Source of the DNA: Candidatus Bathyarchaeia archaeon | Lineage (GTDB): Archaea > Thermoproteota > Bathyarchaeia > Bathyarchaeales > Bathycorpusculaceae | Length of the DNA: 64,000 nucleotides | Reading direction: 5' to 3' | Assembly: GCA_049512935.1 (NCBI GenBank) | Contig: JBEKWR010000008.1 | Coordinates: 1 to 64,000, forward strand | In this document: piece after piece, positions 1 through 9,352 of the stretch | How the letters are laid out: every line of letters begins with the position of its first letter | Numbering within the stretch: position 1 is the stretch's first letter | Translations under genes and position numbers: made by a program | Notes under the pieces: model-generated | What the model was told of the DNA's origin: nothing | The model's input: the letters and a program-made list of their open reading frames with translations, nothing else | The model's database searches: none

Positions 1-227
1 AGGCTTACGCAGTGGTCTGCGAAGAAGCAGAAGAGAAACCCAACAGCCACACCCAAATCTGGAATTACGCACAGTTCCTCTCATCGCTCGGCATCATCAA
101 AATAGAAGTCGCCACGTCAACCGCACGGGGAAGGTCAACCCAAGTTTCCCTGCCATCAATCCCTGCCGTTGAACTTGAAAAGGAACTGAGCACCGTGTTG
201 ACGGCGGAAAACAAAGGAGCGCGATGA
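1..227 (+). CDS. cdc6: Cdc6/Orc1 replication initiator, C-terminal winged-helix end (5' partial)
   Basis: Frame open from the window edge. AYAVVCEE..P.SHTQIWNY...LSSLGII......RGRST matches the Cdc6 C-terminal WH motif. Confidence 0.8.
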   Translation, partial: AYAVVCEEAEEKPNSHTQIWNYAQFLSSLGIIKIEVATSTARGRSTQVSLPSIPAVELEKELSTVLTAENKGAR

Positions 228-230
228 CGC

Positions 231-497
231 GTGGAGATTGAAGAGGTTTTTTCGTCCAAGCTGCGCATGAAAATCCTGAAACTGCTCAATGAATTGGGGT
301 CGCTAAACGTTTCAGACGTTGCGCGCCGACTTGGCAGCAACTTCGCGGCGACCGCTGAGAACCTCAAGGTTTTGGAGGCGGAAGGAATCCTGCAGGAGCT
401 CAGTTATGGTCGGGTTCGCATGTACAGGTTCAACGAAGCCTCCGCGAAGGCTAAAGCCGTGAAAAGCCTCATTGAAGCATGGGAGCAAAACGAATAG
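231..497 (+). CDS. ArsR-like winged-helix transcriptional regulator
   Basis: 88 aa, FSSKLRMKILKLL..GSLNVSDVARRLG...LKVLEAEGIL HTH pattern. Confidence 0.8.
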   Translation: MEIEEVFSSKLRMKILKLLNELGSLNVSDVARRLGSNFAATAENLKVLEAEGILQELSYGRVRMYRFNEASAKAKAVKSLIEAWEQNE

Positions 498-612
498 ACG
501 CAGACCCGTTTCCCGCAATCTGTTTAATTCAAAAACAAAAAGACATACAAGAAAGGAAAACAGAATAATCAACGACGACAGAAACGCTTACAGGGGAAAA
601 AAAACTTTGGCA

Positions 613-1053
613 ATGGTTGATGTTTCAGACAAGGCGGAAATCTTCCGAGAAGCAACCGCATCGGGAACCATAAAGCTCAAGCCAGAAACAATCGGCTTGA
701 TTAAGGCTGGAAAAATCGCTAAGGGCGACCCGCTTTACACTGCGAAAATCGCTGGTGTTTTGGCGGCGAAGAAGACGAGCAGTTTGATTCCTCTTTGCCA
801 CCCGCTGCCTTTGACGAACGTGCAGGTCGACGTCAAAGTGTCAGGCGAAGGCACAGTCGAAGTTTCAGCGACAGTCAAAGCCAAGGCGCAAACGGGCGTC
901 GAGATGGAGGCGCTCGCCGCGGTTTCGATGGGTTTGCTGACTGTCTGGGACATGACTAAGCAGTATGAGAAGGACGCTGCTGGGCAGTACCCATCAACGG
1001 CGATTGAGAACATCCATGTGGTCCGCAAGTTTAAGCAGGTGAATCAGCCATGA
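613..1053 (+). CDS. moaC: Cyclic pyranopterin monophosphate synthase MoaC
   Basis: MVDVSDK, LIPLCHP and TGVEMEAL motifs. Start moved to ATG 613. Confidence 0.95.
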   Translation: MVDVSDKAEIFREATASGTIKLKPETIGLIKAGKIAKGDPLYTAKIAGVLAAKKTSSLIPLCHPLPLTNVQVDVKVSGEGTVEVSATVKAKAQTGVEMEALAAVSMGLLTVWDMTKQYEKDAAGQYPSTAIENIHVVRKFKQVNQP

Positions 1054-1583
1054 GCGAAACCTCGAAGATGCATAAGGCTAAAGCGCCAACAGCCCTAAGC
1101 TATGGCGTCTACATCTGCAGCACCTCTCGGTACAAGCGGATTTTGCTAGGCGAGAAGGAAATCAGCGACGTCGGCGGCGACACAATAGTTGAACTGATTA
1201 AGAACGCTGGGCAAAACGTCATTTTCAAGAAGATAATCGCCGACGACAAGGCGTTGATCTCTGACGCCGTCAAAGAAGCCTTGACCACGCCCGCACTGGA
1301 CGTCCTAATATTTTCGGGTGGAACAGGCATAACACACACAGACGTTACCATCGAGTCGGTTTCGCCCTTTTTTGAGAAAACTCTGCCTGGGTTCGGCGAG
1401 TTCTTTAGGCGCATAAGCTTCGACAGAATTGGCTCCGCCGCCGTGCTTTCCCGTGCCGTCGCTGGCGTGGCTAAAGGTAAGGCGTTGTTTTGTATTCCAG
1501 GCTCCCCTGACGCCGTTCGAGTTGCGGTAGAAATGCTTATTTTGCCCGAGTCGCCACACATCGTCGAGCACGCGCGTGAATAA
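1050..1583 (+). CDS. moaB: Molybdopterin adenylyltransferase MoaB/MogA family
   Basis: GGTGIT..DVT, LPGFGE.FR, SRA.AG and PGSP motifs. Overlaps the moaC stop. Confidence 0.9.
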   Translation: MSETSKMHKAKAPTALSYGVYICSTSRYKRILLGEKEISDVGGDTIVELIKNAGQNVIFKKIIADDKALISDAVKEALTTPALDVLIFSGGTGITHTDVTIESVSPFFEKTLPGFGEFFRRISFDRIGSAAVLSRAVAGVAKGKALFCIPGSPDAVRVAVEMLILPESPHIVEHARE

Positions 1584-1586
1584 CGA

Positions 1587-2519
1587 ATGAGTTTAACAGA
1601 CAACTGCGGCAGACCTCTTCTTAACCTTCGAATCTCGATTACCCAGCGATGCAACCTTCACTGTGCATACTGCCATCGGGAAGGGGAAGTAAAACGCGCC
1701 AACCGTTCCGCGGAGAAAATGACGGTTGAAGAAATCGTTCGCATCGCTAAAATCGCTGTTAGCTTAGGCATTGCACGCATTAAATTAACAGGCGGGGAAC
1801 CGCTCATGCGCAAGGACCTACCCGAAATTGTTTCAGGCATAACGGCGATACGGGGATTGAAGGATTTGTCTTTAACAACTAACGGTCTGCTGCTCGGGGG
1901 CATGGCTAAAGACTTGTGCGAGCGCGGTTTGAAGCGTGTAAACATAAGCCTGCCATCATTGAGCGCGGAAACTTACCGTAAGCTGACGGGAGGAAAACTT
2001 GAAGATGCGTTGGCAGGGGTTAATGCAGCTATTGAAGCAGGTTTTTGCCCTGTGAAGCTTAACATGGTTATCCTAAAGGATGTAAACGTGGGCGATGTGC
2101 CTAGCATGATTGAGTACGCACGCCAAAACAGCGTTATCCTGCAGCTTATTGAGCTTGACCCCATAAACGTCAGTGGCAACTACTACCTGACGCATCACCG
2201 CAGCCTAGACGAGCAAGAAAAGCTCATGCAAGAAAAAGCCGTAACGGTTGAGAGGCGACCCTTCATGCATAACCGCCTAATCTACCATCTGCCGAACGTA
2301 ACCGTCGAAGTGGTGCACCCCATTGAGAACACGGACTTCTGCATGCACTGCACCAGAATGCGAGTCACAAGCGATGGGAAGCTGAAACCGTGCCTTATGA
2401 GAAACGACAACCTAACCGACATTCTGACGCCCATGCGCCAAGGAGCAAGCGACGAGCAACTAAAACAGCTCTTCATCCAAGCCAATTTGCTAAGAGAACC
2501 GTACAATAAGAGCGCATAA
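1587..2519 (+). CDS. moaA: GTP 3',8-cyclase MoaA (radical SAM)
   Basis: LRISITQRCNLHCAYCH, LTGGEPL and C-terminal FCMHCTRMRVTSDGKLKPCL. Confidence 0.95.
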   Translation: MSLTDNCGRPLLNLRISITQRCNLHCAYCHREGEVKRANRSAEKMTVEEIVRIAKIAVSLGIARIKLTGGEPLMRKDLPEIVSGITAIRGLKDLSLTTNGLLLGGMAKDLCERGLKRVNISLPSLSAETYRKLTGGKLEDALAGVNAAIEAGFCPVKLNMVILKDVNVGDVPSMIEYARQNSVILQLIELDPINVSGNYYLTHHRSLDEQEKLMQEKAVTVERRPFMHNRLIYHLPNVTVEVVHPIENTDFCMHCTRMRVTSDGKLKPCLMRNDNLTDILTPMRQGASDEQLKQLFIQANLLREPYNKSA

Positions 2520-2538
2520 TCAGGGTAGGCGTTTCGAA

Positions 2539-3036
2539 TTAAAGCTCAATTATTTTCGCTTCGTGCTTAGCAGTATCTAACAGGGCTAGGGTTGATTTTC
2601 CTGTCAGGTAGCCGCAGAGTTCTCCCGGGTTTATGGCGAGCGTTTTTCCTCTCTTTTCGATGCCGCTGTAATGTGAGTGCCCATGGATTACAGCGTCAAA
2701 GATTCCGCCTTCAATGATGGCGTTGAGCAGCTCGGTTTCTTCCCCGTGTAGAACCGCTATTCTGTAGCCTTCAACTTCTGCCTTTGCGAATCGTTCGCGG
2801 ATTATGCAGTTGCTGGTTTCGCTGAACCGTTTCTTTAGGAGTTCGTGGTCGCCGTCGTTGTTGCCGAAGACGCCGATTAGCCTGCAGTTGAGCTGCGCCA
2901 GTTTTGGGATGACGAAGCCTGCGACGTAGTCTCCAGCGTGAAGCACTAAGCCGACTTTTTGGTCGTTGAGGAATCGCACTGCTTTTTCAATTTGGGGCAG
3001 ATTGTCATGGGTGTCTGAAATTGCGCCGATAAGCAT
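2539..3036 (-). CDS. Metallophosphoesterase, YfcE/MJ0936 family
   Basis: ISDTHDN, HAGD, GNND, HG, GHSH and NPG motifs. Confidence 0.92.
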   Translation of the reverse strand: MLIGAISDTHDNLPQIEKAVRFLNDQKVGLVLHAGDYVAGFVIPKLAQLNCRLIGVFGNNDGDHELLKKRFSETSNCIIRERFAKAEVEGYRIAVLHGEETELLNAIIEGGIFDAVIHGHSHYSGIEKRGKTLAINPGELCGYLTGKSTLALLDTAKHEAKIIEL

Positions 3037-3132
3037 AACCTTTCACATGTAAGTCCTACTCGTCTGTGCAAAAAAGGTTTTCTGTTCACGGAATGCGGTT
3101 TTTAAAACAAGAAGAATTTGTTGCAAAACGCT

Positions 3133-3310
3133 CGCCCATATCCGACAATAACTTCAACATGGAGTCAACATACAAAGTCGCATTCCGCCCATCCAAAAGT
3201 CGCAACGAAAAAGCAGAACCCAAGCCCAAACCAAAAAAGCAACACGGAACACAAAGCGCCAAGGCGGAAAGTCGCAACTTTCCCGTAGCAAAAGTCGCAA
3301 CTTAAAAATT
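3133..3310 (+). repeat. Dispersed repeat family A, copy 1
   Basis: Aligns without core indels to 36092-36266 and the reverse complement of 62124-62311. AAAGTCGCA motifs at 3174, 3196, 3268, 3291. Confidence 0.95.
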
Positions 3311-3415
3311 AAAACCAAACAAGAAACCCGCAAAAACCCGAAAACAGCCAAAGCCAATCATGCGTAAAACTGTCTAACTGCTGAAAACTTAAAAGGCAGA
3401 ACAGAACAAGAGTCA

Positions 3416-3700
3416 GTGGCAGATGTGACGCACACGATACTGAACGGTAAGCCGAGAAGAACAAAACTGGACATAATCGCAAACATGCTGGAAACCACCA
3501 AAGAAGGCAGCCTGAAAACACAGATAATGTACAAGGCAAACCTCAGCTTCACCCAACTAAACAGCTACCTGTACTTTCTAATCGAAAACGGCTTCGTAAA
3601 ACAAACCGTCTGGAACCGCAAAGAAGTCTACTTCATCACAGAAAAAGGCGTCGATTTCCTGCAAAGACACAGCGAACTGACACGGCTCCTAAAAAAATAA
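3416..3700 (+). CDS. Winged-helix regulator (archaeal HTH_45/COG3432-like)
   Basis: RRTKLDIIANML...KTQIMYKANLS...YFITEKG is typical of this family. Confidence 0.88.
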   Translation: MADVTHTILNGKPRRTKLDIIANMLETTKEGSLKTQIMYKANLSFTQLNSYLYFLIENGFVKQTVWNRKEVYFITEKGVDFLQRHSELTRLLKK

Positions 3701-4147
3701 AAAAAGCAACCGCCCCATTTTCATAAGTCATTGCACATTTCTTTAGCCATGTTTCCTTTGCAAAAATCAGCTTGCAGCAACAAGCCCTTTTTTAAAGTTC
3801 AAATCACGGATTAATGGACTCGGTAGCGGAAAAAGACTTCACTAGCCTCCAGCTTAATTTTCCCCGCTTTCAGCCTCATCGTACCTCGATTTCCTCATTG
3901 TCCAAGCTATAAGCGTCACTCTCCAACTTAATTATGTTTTCTGAACAGGCTAAAAGTGCGGGTTTTCTCCGATTTTCTTGATCGGTAATCCTTGAAACTG
4001 CGAATGCGAGAGAGGAAACAGTTGCCGAGTGGAAATCTGCTTTGGAAGCGTGAATAGCCCGATTAGTTTATATGTTAAATTCAGATTCGTAACAGCAACG
4101 TGAACATCTGCGCCATGCTGATTTAACCGCATCATGTTTGGAAGGAA

Positions 4148-5092
4148 GTGAACTTGGTAACACTGAAGGGGTTAATGCGAACATTCACGGTTTCAAAAGC
4201 GCCTTACGCCGTTTTGACGCTGAAGCTTAGCAAAAACAGCAGTTTCATCACTTTCAGGAACGGCTGCAGGTTTAAACTGACTTTTGCGCAGTTCAGAACG
4301 TTGCGTGACAGCTACAGCTTCATGAAAAACTACCCTATGCAGCAGTTGAATGATGACCTCTTCAGCGTGGACTTCGGAACGTTAAAGCTTACAGAATCCC
4401 TCGCGATAGTCTGCATGATCGGCGACTTACTCCAGAAATACGACATTAAAAAAGTCAATGAAAACCTTTTCCGGATAAAATCAGACAAACTGGAGCTGGT
4501 CGGTTCCTGGGATATCATGCAGCCTTTTTGGGAGATAATAAACGGCATGTACAGTTGCGACTGCAAAGGCAAAGTTGTTTTGGACATCGGCGGCTTTCAA
4601 GGTGAATCAGCAGTTTATTTCTCGTCGATAGGCGCAAAAAAAGTCGTCATCTACGAGCCTGTGCCGTCCAATTTTGAGTTCATAGAACGAAACGTGTCTC
4701 TGAACTATGTTAACGCTGAAACCCACTTAATGGGCATCGGTTCAAAGGACGGAACCCAAACGATCCATTTTGAAAAGATCAACGCGGGTTTAGGCTCAAA
4801 AACGAAAGGCCAGTTTGAAATGCAGATTAAACTCAGGAACATTTCAGACGTCATAGATGAAAGCGGCGCCGAAGTAGCCAAGATCGACTGCGAGGGCGCT
4901 GAAGAAAGCCTCATCGGGGTTTCAGACGAGATTCTGGGGAAAATCAGGCTTTACATGATCGAGGTTCACAGTTCGGAAATTCGGCGAGCTTTGCTTGAGA
5001 AGTTTCAAGCTGCGGGATTCAGCCGCTTTAAGGAAAAGAACTGGGGAAACCCTGAACTTTCAGTTGTCTTCTTTGAAAAGAACGAAAAGTAA
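4148..5092 (+). CDS. FkbM-family SAM methyltransferase with N-terminal extension
   Basis: VVLDIGGFQGES, YEP, KIDCEGAE and IEVH motifs. Confidence 0.88.
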   Translation: MNLVTLKGLMRTFTVSKAPYAVLTLKLSKNSSFITFRNGCRFKLTFAQFRTLRDSYSFMKNYPMQQLNDDLFSVDFGTLKLTESLAIVCMIGDLLQKYDIKKVNENLFRIKSDKLELVGSWDIMQPFWEIINGMYSCDCKGKVVLDIGGFQGESAVYFSSIGAKKVVIYEPVPSNFEFIERNVSLNYVNAETHLMGIGSKDGTQTIHFEKINAGLGSKTKGQFEMQIKLRNISDVIDESGAEVAKIDCEGAEESLIGVSDEILGKIRLYMIEVHSSEIRRALLEKFQAAGFSRFKEKNWGNPELSVVFFEKNEK

Positions 5093-5159
5093 AGTGGCTG
5101 GCGGGTCAGGTAAAACGTTGGAGGAGAGGTCGGGGCGGTTTTTGAGGCGCTTTTTGTGT

Positions 5160-5376
5160 TGGAATTTTGTCACAAATAGCAGGGACCCCTGTCGGTCGCC
5201 AGTTTCAACATGCTTCATTTTTGTGGTGGGTTTTTTTCACAAATACTAGACCCCTCCCCCGTCTCTGTGAACCCATATTTACAATGGACTTTTGATGTAA
5301 ATACTAGACCCTCTCCACTCTCCCTATCGGTAGGTCAGGGCTTGATTCATGTTGATTTTTTGGTTTAGGGCTTGAA
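5160..5376 (-). repeat. Dispersed repeat family B, copy 1 (three tandem GGGGTCTAGTATTT-type units)
   Basis: AAATACTAGACCC at 5241 and 5299, with a degenerate unit at 5160-5189. The reverse complement of 5270-5376 aligns with 59009-59117. Confidence 0.85.
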
Positions 5377-5641
5377 CTGCGGTTAGTTTGCGAGGACAGG
5401 TCGAGAGGAAAAGGGTGATTTCTTCAAAAAACGCCTAATTGCCTCATCTACAGAAACCAAATAGATGAGCGGTCAAGTTCTGGAGCGTTTTGCGGTGAGC
5501 GGATTTCTTTGGGTTGCATGCGCAGAAGAACCCGCTTTTTCGCTTGGTTTAGTGTGCATGAGTTCTTAATGATTATAGCCTAAAGTTTTTGCGATAACAA
5601 ACTTTTTAAATGCATGCTGCAATCATTCTTTCCGAATCCAA

Positions 5642-6205
5642 ATGATACCAAAATACTTCTTTTTCACAAAAGGAGTCGGCAAGCACAAAGAGCAACTCCA
5701 ATCCTTCGAATTAGCCCTCCGAGACGCAGGCATACAAATGTGCAACCTCGTAAGCGTATCCAGCATCGTCCCGCCTGGATGCGAGCAGTTGACCCGCGAG
5801 AAAGGCTTGAAACTGGTGCAGCCGGGCGAAATCACCTTCGTCGTCATCGCCCGAAACTCAACCAACGAACCCCACAGGCTTGTGGCGTCATCCATCGGCG
5901 TCGCCATCCCGTCAGGCAAAAACCAGTACGGGTACCTCTCCGAGCACCACTCCTACGGGCAAACAGACGAGACAGCCGGCGACTACGCAGAAGACTTGGC
6001 AGCAACGATGCTTGCCACGACCATGGGCATCCAATTCGACCCTGAAACCGCCTGGGACGAACGTAAACAACTCTTCAAAACCACAGGACTAATAATCAAA
6101 ACAGCCAACATAACCCAGAGCGCAGCAGGCGACAAAAACGGGTTGTGGACAACAACCGTCGCAGCAGCCGTCTTCGTGTCAGAAAACAACAAACCAAAAG
6201 AATAA
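5642..6205 (+). CDS. pdaD: Pyruvoyl-dependent arginine decarboxylase
   Basis: [23 protein letters not shown] (Ser-Ser cleavage site), [20 protein letters not shown]. Confidence 0.93.
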   Translation: MIPKYFFFTKGVGKHKEQLQSFELALRDAGIQMCNLVSVSSIVPPGCEQLTREKGLKLVQPGEITFVVIARNSTNEPHRLVASSIGVAIPSGKNQYGYLSEHHSYGQTDETAGDYAEDLAATMLATTMGIQFDPETAWDERKQLFKTTGLIIKTANITQSAAGDKNGLWTTTVAAAVFVSENNKPKE

Positions 6206-6342
6206 ACTGGCTTAAACCAAGCCACAGGTCTTTACACCGACTTTTTTGTCATTCTTCTAAATTTTAGTCGCATTTTAAATGCTGTTTTTGACTTATCATT
6301 GAATGTTTTTGTTTGTGTGGTTTTTGTCGAAATTAGAGGTTA

Positions 6343-6398
6343 AGTCAAGAAACCTTGACTGACTTTAGTCAAGAAAGCTTAACGGAAACACTATTTAA
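6343..6398 (+). promoter_or_regulatory. Tandem AGTCAAG-N4-CTTGACT operator plus TATA box (site 1)
   Basis: AGTCAAGAAACCTTGACT at 6343, second unit at 6367, TTTAA at 6394. Confidence 0.8.
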
Positions 6399-6436
6399 CC
6401 GTGACCGACGCCTAAGAGTTGTTGAAGGAAGCGGAA

Positions 6437-7867
6437 ATGAAGAAGACCTGTTTAGGTTTATTAATTGTGGTTTTAATCACGGCTTCCTTGGTTTTAGGCG
6501 GCGCCGGGAATCTTGCCAAAGCCCAATCGGGTGTCAACACGAGCACAGTAATTAGTGCAGACACTACTTGGACACAAGCAAACAGCCCATATGACATTAC
6601 GGGAAATGTTTTGGTAAACAGCGGAGCAACCTTGACGCTGTCGGCAGGAACTACATTAAACCTAAACGGCTACATGGTGGTAGCTGGCTCACTCACAGTT
6701 CAGCCGGGCGTTACAATAAACATAGTGAACGCAAGCGGGTACATACAGGTCAACGGAGTTTTGTCAGCAATAGGAACAACTGCTCAACCAATCCAAATAA
6801 GCGGCAGCGAGGGCCAGTCTCAAATGCTCTTTGGTGGACCCTATTATCCACAGTTAACCTTTTCACAAAGCAGCACCGGATGGAATGAGCAAACCTCTTC
6901 AGGGTGCATAATAGAAGATGCGGCAATAACCTTAGTCCAAGTCAGCATTTCAAGCTCTGTTAAACTAACGGGCGACACCCTAACTGATGCTGCTTCCCTG
7001 TCCATAATGCAAGGGTCGCCGACTATCACGGGCAACGTTATCGAAACAGGAATCGGCATCAATGGAGGAACGCCAATCATCTCATTCAACACCATAAAGG
7101 GTTCAATTACTTGTTCTGCTGAGCCATACGACGGACCGGGGCAGCCCACCGCTTATATCGATGACAACACGTTTTCCGGCGGCACGGCTGCTGAACCTGG
7201 AATCATGATGATGGGTAACTCGCTTGGCTGCACCTTAGTAATTGAAAGAAACACGATAAACACCGACAACTATACGGGAATCGACATAGGCATGGCTGAC
7301 AACGGGGAAATCCCCGCTTTAATAATTAACAACACAATCGTTGGCAACAATATAGGAATCGACCTCTATTGGGGCTATCCCCAGTTAATTAGCGGTAACA
7401 ACATTTACAACAACCAAGTCAACGTGAAATTGGATGAAAACGACCCGATTAATTGCTCAAATAATTGGTGGGGGACAACCGACCAAACTGCCATCGGCAA
7501 CTCAATTTACGATTTTAAGAATGATTTTCGTTTAGGCACCGTCACTTTCACGCCATTTTTGACCGCGCCAAACCCTGAGGCTTCACCTAACCAAAACCTG
7601 CCTATACCAACAGCAACAGTCACTCCTTCGCCAAAACCTTACTATTTACCAGCGAATTCCACAATGAATCCGTTCCCAGATTTACACACCGGTCAGCCAA
7701 GCCAAACCGCAAACCTACCCACACCAGCTAGCTCCCAAAATCAACCTGCGGGGGCATTTAGCCTCAGCACAATAGGCGTCACGGTGCTAGTCGCGGTTCT
7801 GCTGGCTGTGATTGCTGGGTTATCGGTTGCAGTGGCTGTTCTCTTGCGCAGAAAAAACACAAACTAG
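6437..7867 (+). CDS. Secreted right-handed beta-helix (NosD/pectin-lyase-like) surface protein with C-terminal TM anchor
   Basis: Signal peptide MKKTCLGLL.., DTTWTQANSPY, Asn/Ile ladders, NNWWGT, P/T linker, TM followed by RRK. Confidence 0.85.
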   Translation: MKKTCLGLLIVVLITASLVLGGAGNLAKAQSGVNTSTVISADTTWTQANSPYDITGNVLVNSGATLTLSAGTTLNLNGYMVVAGSLTVQPGVTINIVNASGYIQVNGVLSAIGTTAQPIQISGSEGQSQMLFGGPYYPQLTFSQSSTGWNEQTSSGCIIEDAAITLVQVSISSSVKLTGDTLTDAASLSIMQGSPTITGNVIETGIGINGGTPIISFNTIKGSITCSAEPYDGPGQPTAYIDDNTFSGGTAAEPGIMMMGNSLGCTLVIERNTINTDNYTGIDIGMADNGEIPALIINNTIVGNNIGIDLYWGYPQLISGNNIYNNQVNVKLDENDPINCSNNWWGTTDQTAIGNSIYDFKNDFRLGTVTFTPFLTAPNPEASPNQNLPIPTATVTPSPKPYYLPANSTMNPFPDLHTGQPSQTANLPTPASSQNQPAGAFSLSTIGVTVLVAVLLAVIAGLSVAVAVLLRRKNTN

Positions 7868-7879
7868 CCACCAAAAAGC

Positions 7880-7900
7880 CGAGCCTCTTAACTAGGCTCG
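7880..7900. terminator. Hairpin between convergent genes
   Basis: CGAGCCT-CTTAACT-AGGCTCG, 7-bp stem. Confidence 0.45.
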
Positions 7901-7937
7901 ACAACTTCAAACGATTAGCCAGAAAAAGCAGTATGGT

Positions 7938-8843
7938 CTAAACGATTTCTTTCCAGCTTGCAACCCTATCTAGATATTCTTGTACGGGTTGGCCGCCGTA
8001 GGTTCTGAGTTTTTCTATGAGTTGAGTTTGCGCTACTGCTGCTTTCTGGAAGTCTCGGATTTGGCTGGCGCCGTCCGTTAAGTACAGGAACCCTTCAGCT
8101 CCTGCCCTTGCACTGCGAACGCTTACGGTTAGCAGTTCTTGTGCGGTTGGCACGTCTTTTGGGTTGTCGCCTGGACCATACATGTAGAACGCAACGTAGA
8201 ACGGTTTTTTGAGCAGTTTCTTGAAGGCGCGCGTGAGCATTTCCCAGTACCATGGGGTAGCGTAGTTTTTGCTGAACATGACGACGCAGAAGCGGTCAGC
8301 GTACTTGGCGAAGTCGTCGAAGTCCACGCCGTAACGTTCTAGAGAGCTGACTGGGTCAGGCTGAATGCACAAAACCAACTCGTTCTTGACCCGTTCGCGG
8401 ACCTGCGCAATGTAATCGGTGACTTCCCGCCTTCGCCACTCCAGCCAGCTTAACCCGCTTTTTTTCCAAAGAGCCGTGCAACGTGGGCAGGTGCAGTGTC
8501 CATGTTCCGCGAAGTACTGGCTGTTTAGCCAAACACCCTTTGAGTTCCTATCAACTTCCGCTATGTAATTCAACTCTTCCGCTCTGTGCTCCGGCTGGGT
8601 CGCGCAGACGACGTCCCAGTAAAAGTTAAAGTTGTTGTTCCCCATCTTGGCAGGTCCCAGCGGCGACTGGGAAATCCAGTCGGGGTGATTCCGCACGGCT
8701 ACGTTGTCGGCGAAGACGGCGATGTTGCTGTACATGTCTTGTACAGGAGGAAGTCTGATGCCCATTTCAGTCTTTACTCGAAATACTTGAAAGTCAAAGC
8801 CCTCTGCCTTTTCAGGTCGAAATGTGTATGCGCCAAGCTTCAT
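7938..8843 (-). CDS. Putative glycoside-hydrolase-like TIM-barrel protein (GHL10/COG1649-like) with CxCxxC
   Basis: HPDW..., VCATQP, GVWLNS, HCTCPRC, W.EWR, RYGVD...F motifs. Confidence 0.55.
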   Translation of the reverse strand: MKLGAYTFRPEKAEGFDFQVFRVKTEMGIRLPPVQDMYSNIAVFADNVAVRNHPDWISQSPLGPAKMGNNNFNFYWDVVCATQPEHRAEELNYIAEVDRNSKGVWLNSQYFAEHGHCTCPRCTALWKKSGLSWLEWRRREVTDYIAQVRERVKNELVLCIQPDPVSSLERYGVDFDDFAKYADRFCVVMFSKNYATPWYWEMLTRAFKKLLKKPFYVAFYMYGPGDNPKDVPTAQELLTVSVRSARAGAEGFLYLTDGASQIRDFQKAAVAQTQLIEKLRTYGGQPVQEYLDRVASWKEIV

Positions 8844-9352
8844 TTAGGGTACGCCCTTTTTCCCGCCCAAAGAAGCGGTTGTAACGTAATAAGTGTTTTG
8901 CGCACTGCAGAAAAAACTGGGTTTTTCATTTTGCAGCTGACTGACACAGCCATCAGACGGTTGTTTAGTATTTAGGTAAACCCTTCAGCGTTTGTGCAAC
9001 AGTTAAGCGTTTGCTTTATAACTTGCTTATCTGTTTCTTTGGCGGTTTCCGCGCTCCGCGATTATCGATTGTTTTTATTTAAACTTGTATATTTGTGCAG
9101 GTATGTAAGAAACTCGGTTATTTTCCATGTGGCTCAAAACTTCAGTTTTAGGGTTGTTTTTGAACGTTTTTCTAATATAACCCCGTTATTTGAGCGAAAA
9201 ATTGGATGAAGATTGCGTGATAAGGATGTTGAATCAACAATTGTACAGAACAATGCAGGAACATGTTGCATATGCGCATCTTTTAAATATAAGCACATAT
9301 TAGCTGTTAAGGTAAAAATCGATTCAAGCAAACAATTGTCAAAAAGGATTGG

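Noticed and set aside
3086-3277. Hydrophobic antisense ORF of repeat A (LRLSA.ALCV..CFFGLGL), also 62157-62507, as a possible type I toxin
   Set aside because: TGA-interrupted in copy 2, variable ends, and hydrophobicity follows from the G/T-rich strand.
3174-3302. Repeat A motifs as a mini-CRISPR array
   Set aside because: Repeats are only 11 bp, spacers are conserved between copies and irregular, and there are no cas genes.
3159-3305. 48-codon ORF (MEST.KVA...FPVAKVAT) present in all family-A copies (also 36118-36264 and 62129-62275), with an in-frame TAG in copy 2 that could suggest pyrrolysine
   Set aside because: Differences between copies are mostly non-synonymous while conserved codons are nucleotide-identical. 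This fits DNA-level constraint, and there is no pyl evidence in the window.
5160-5335. G-string units near cdc6 as ORB origin boxes, or as Tn3-type GGGGTCT inverted-repeat ends
   Set aside because: No TTCCA..GGAAAC ORB core, units are direct rather than inverted, only 7 bp match Tn3, and another copy lies 54 kb away.
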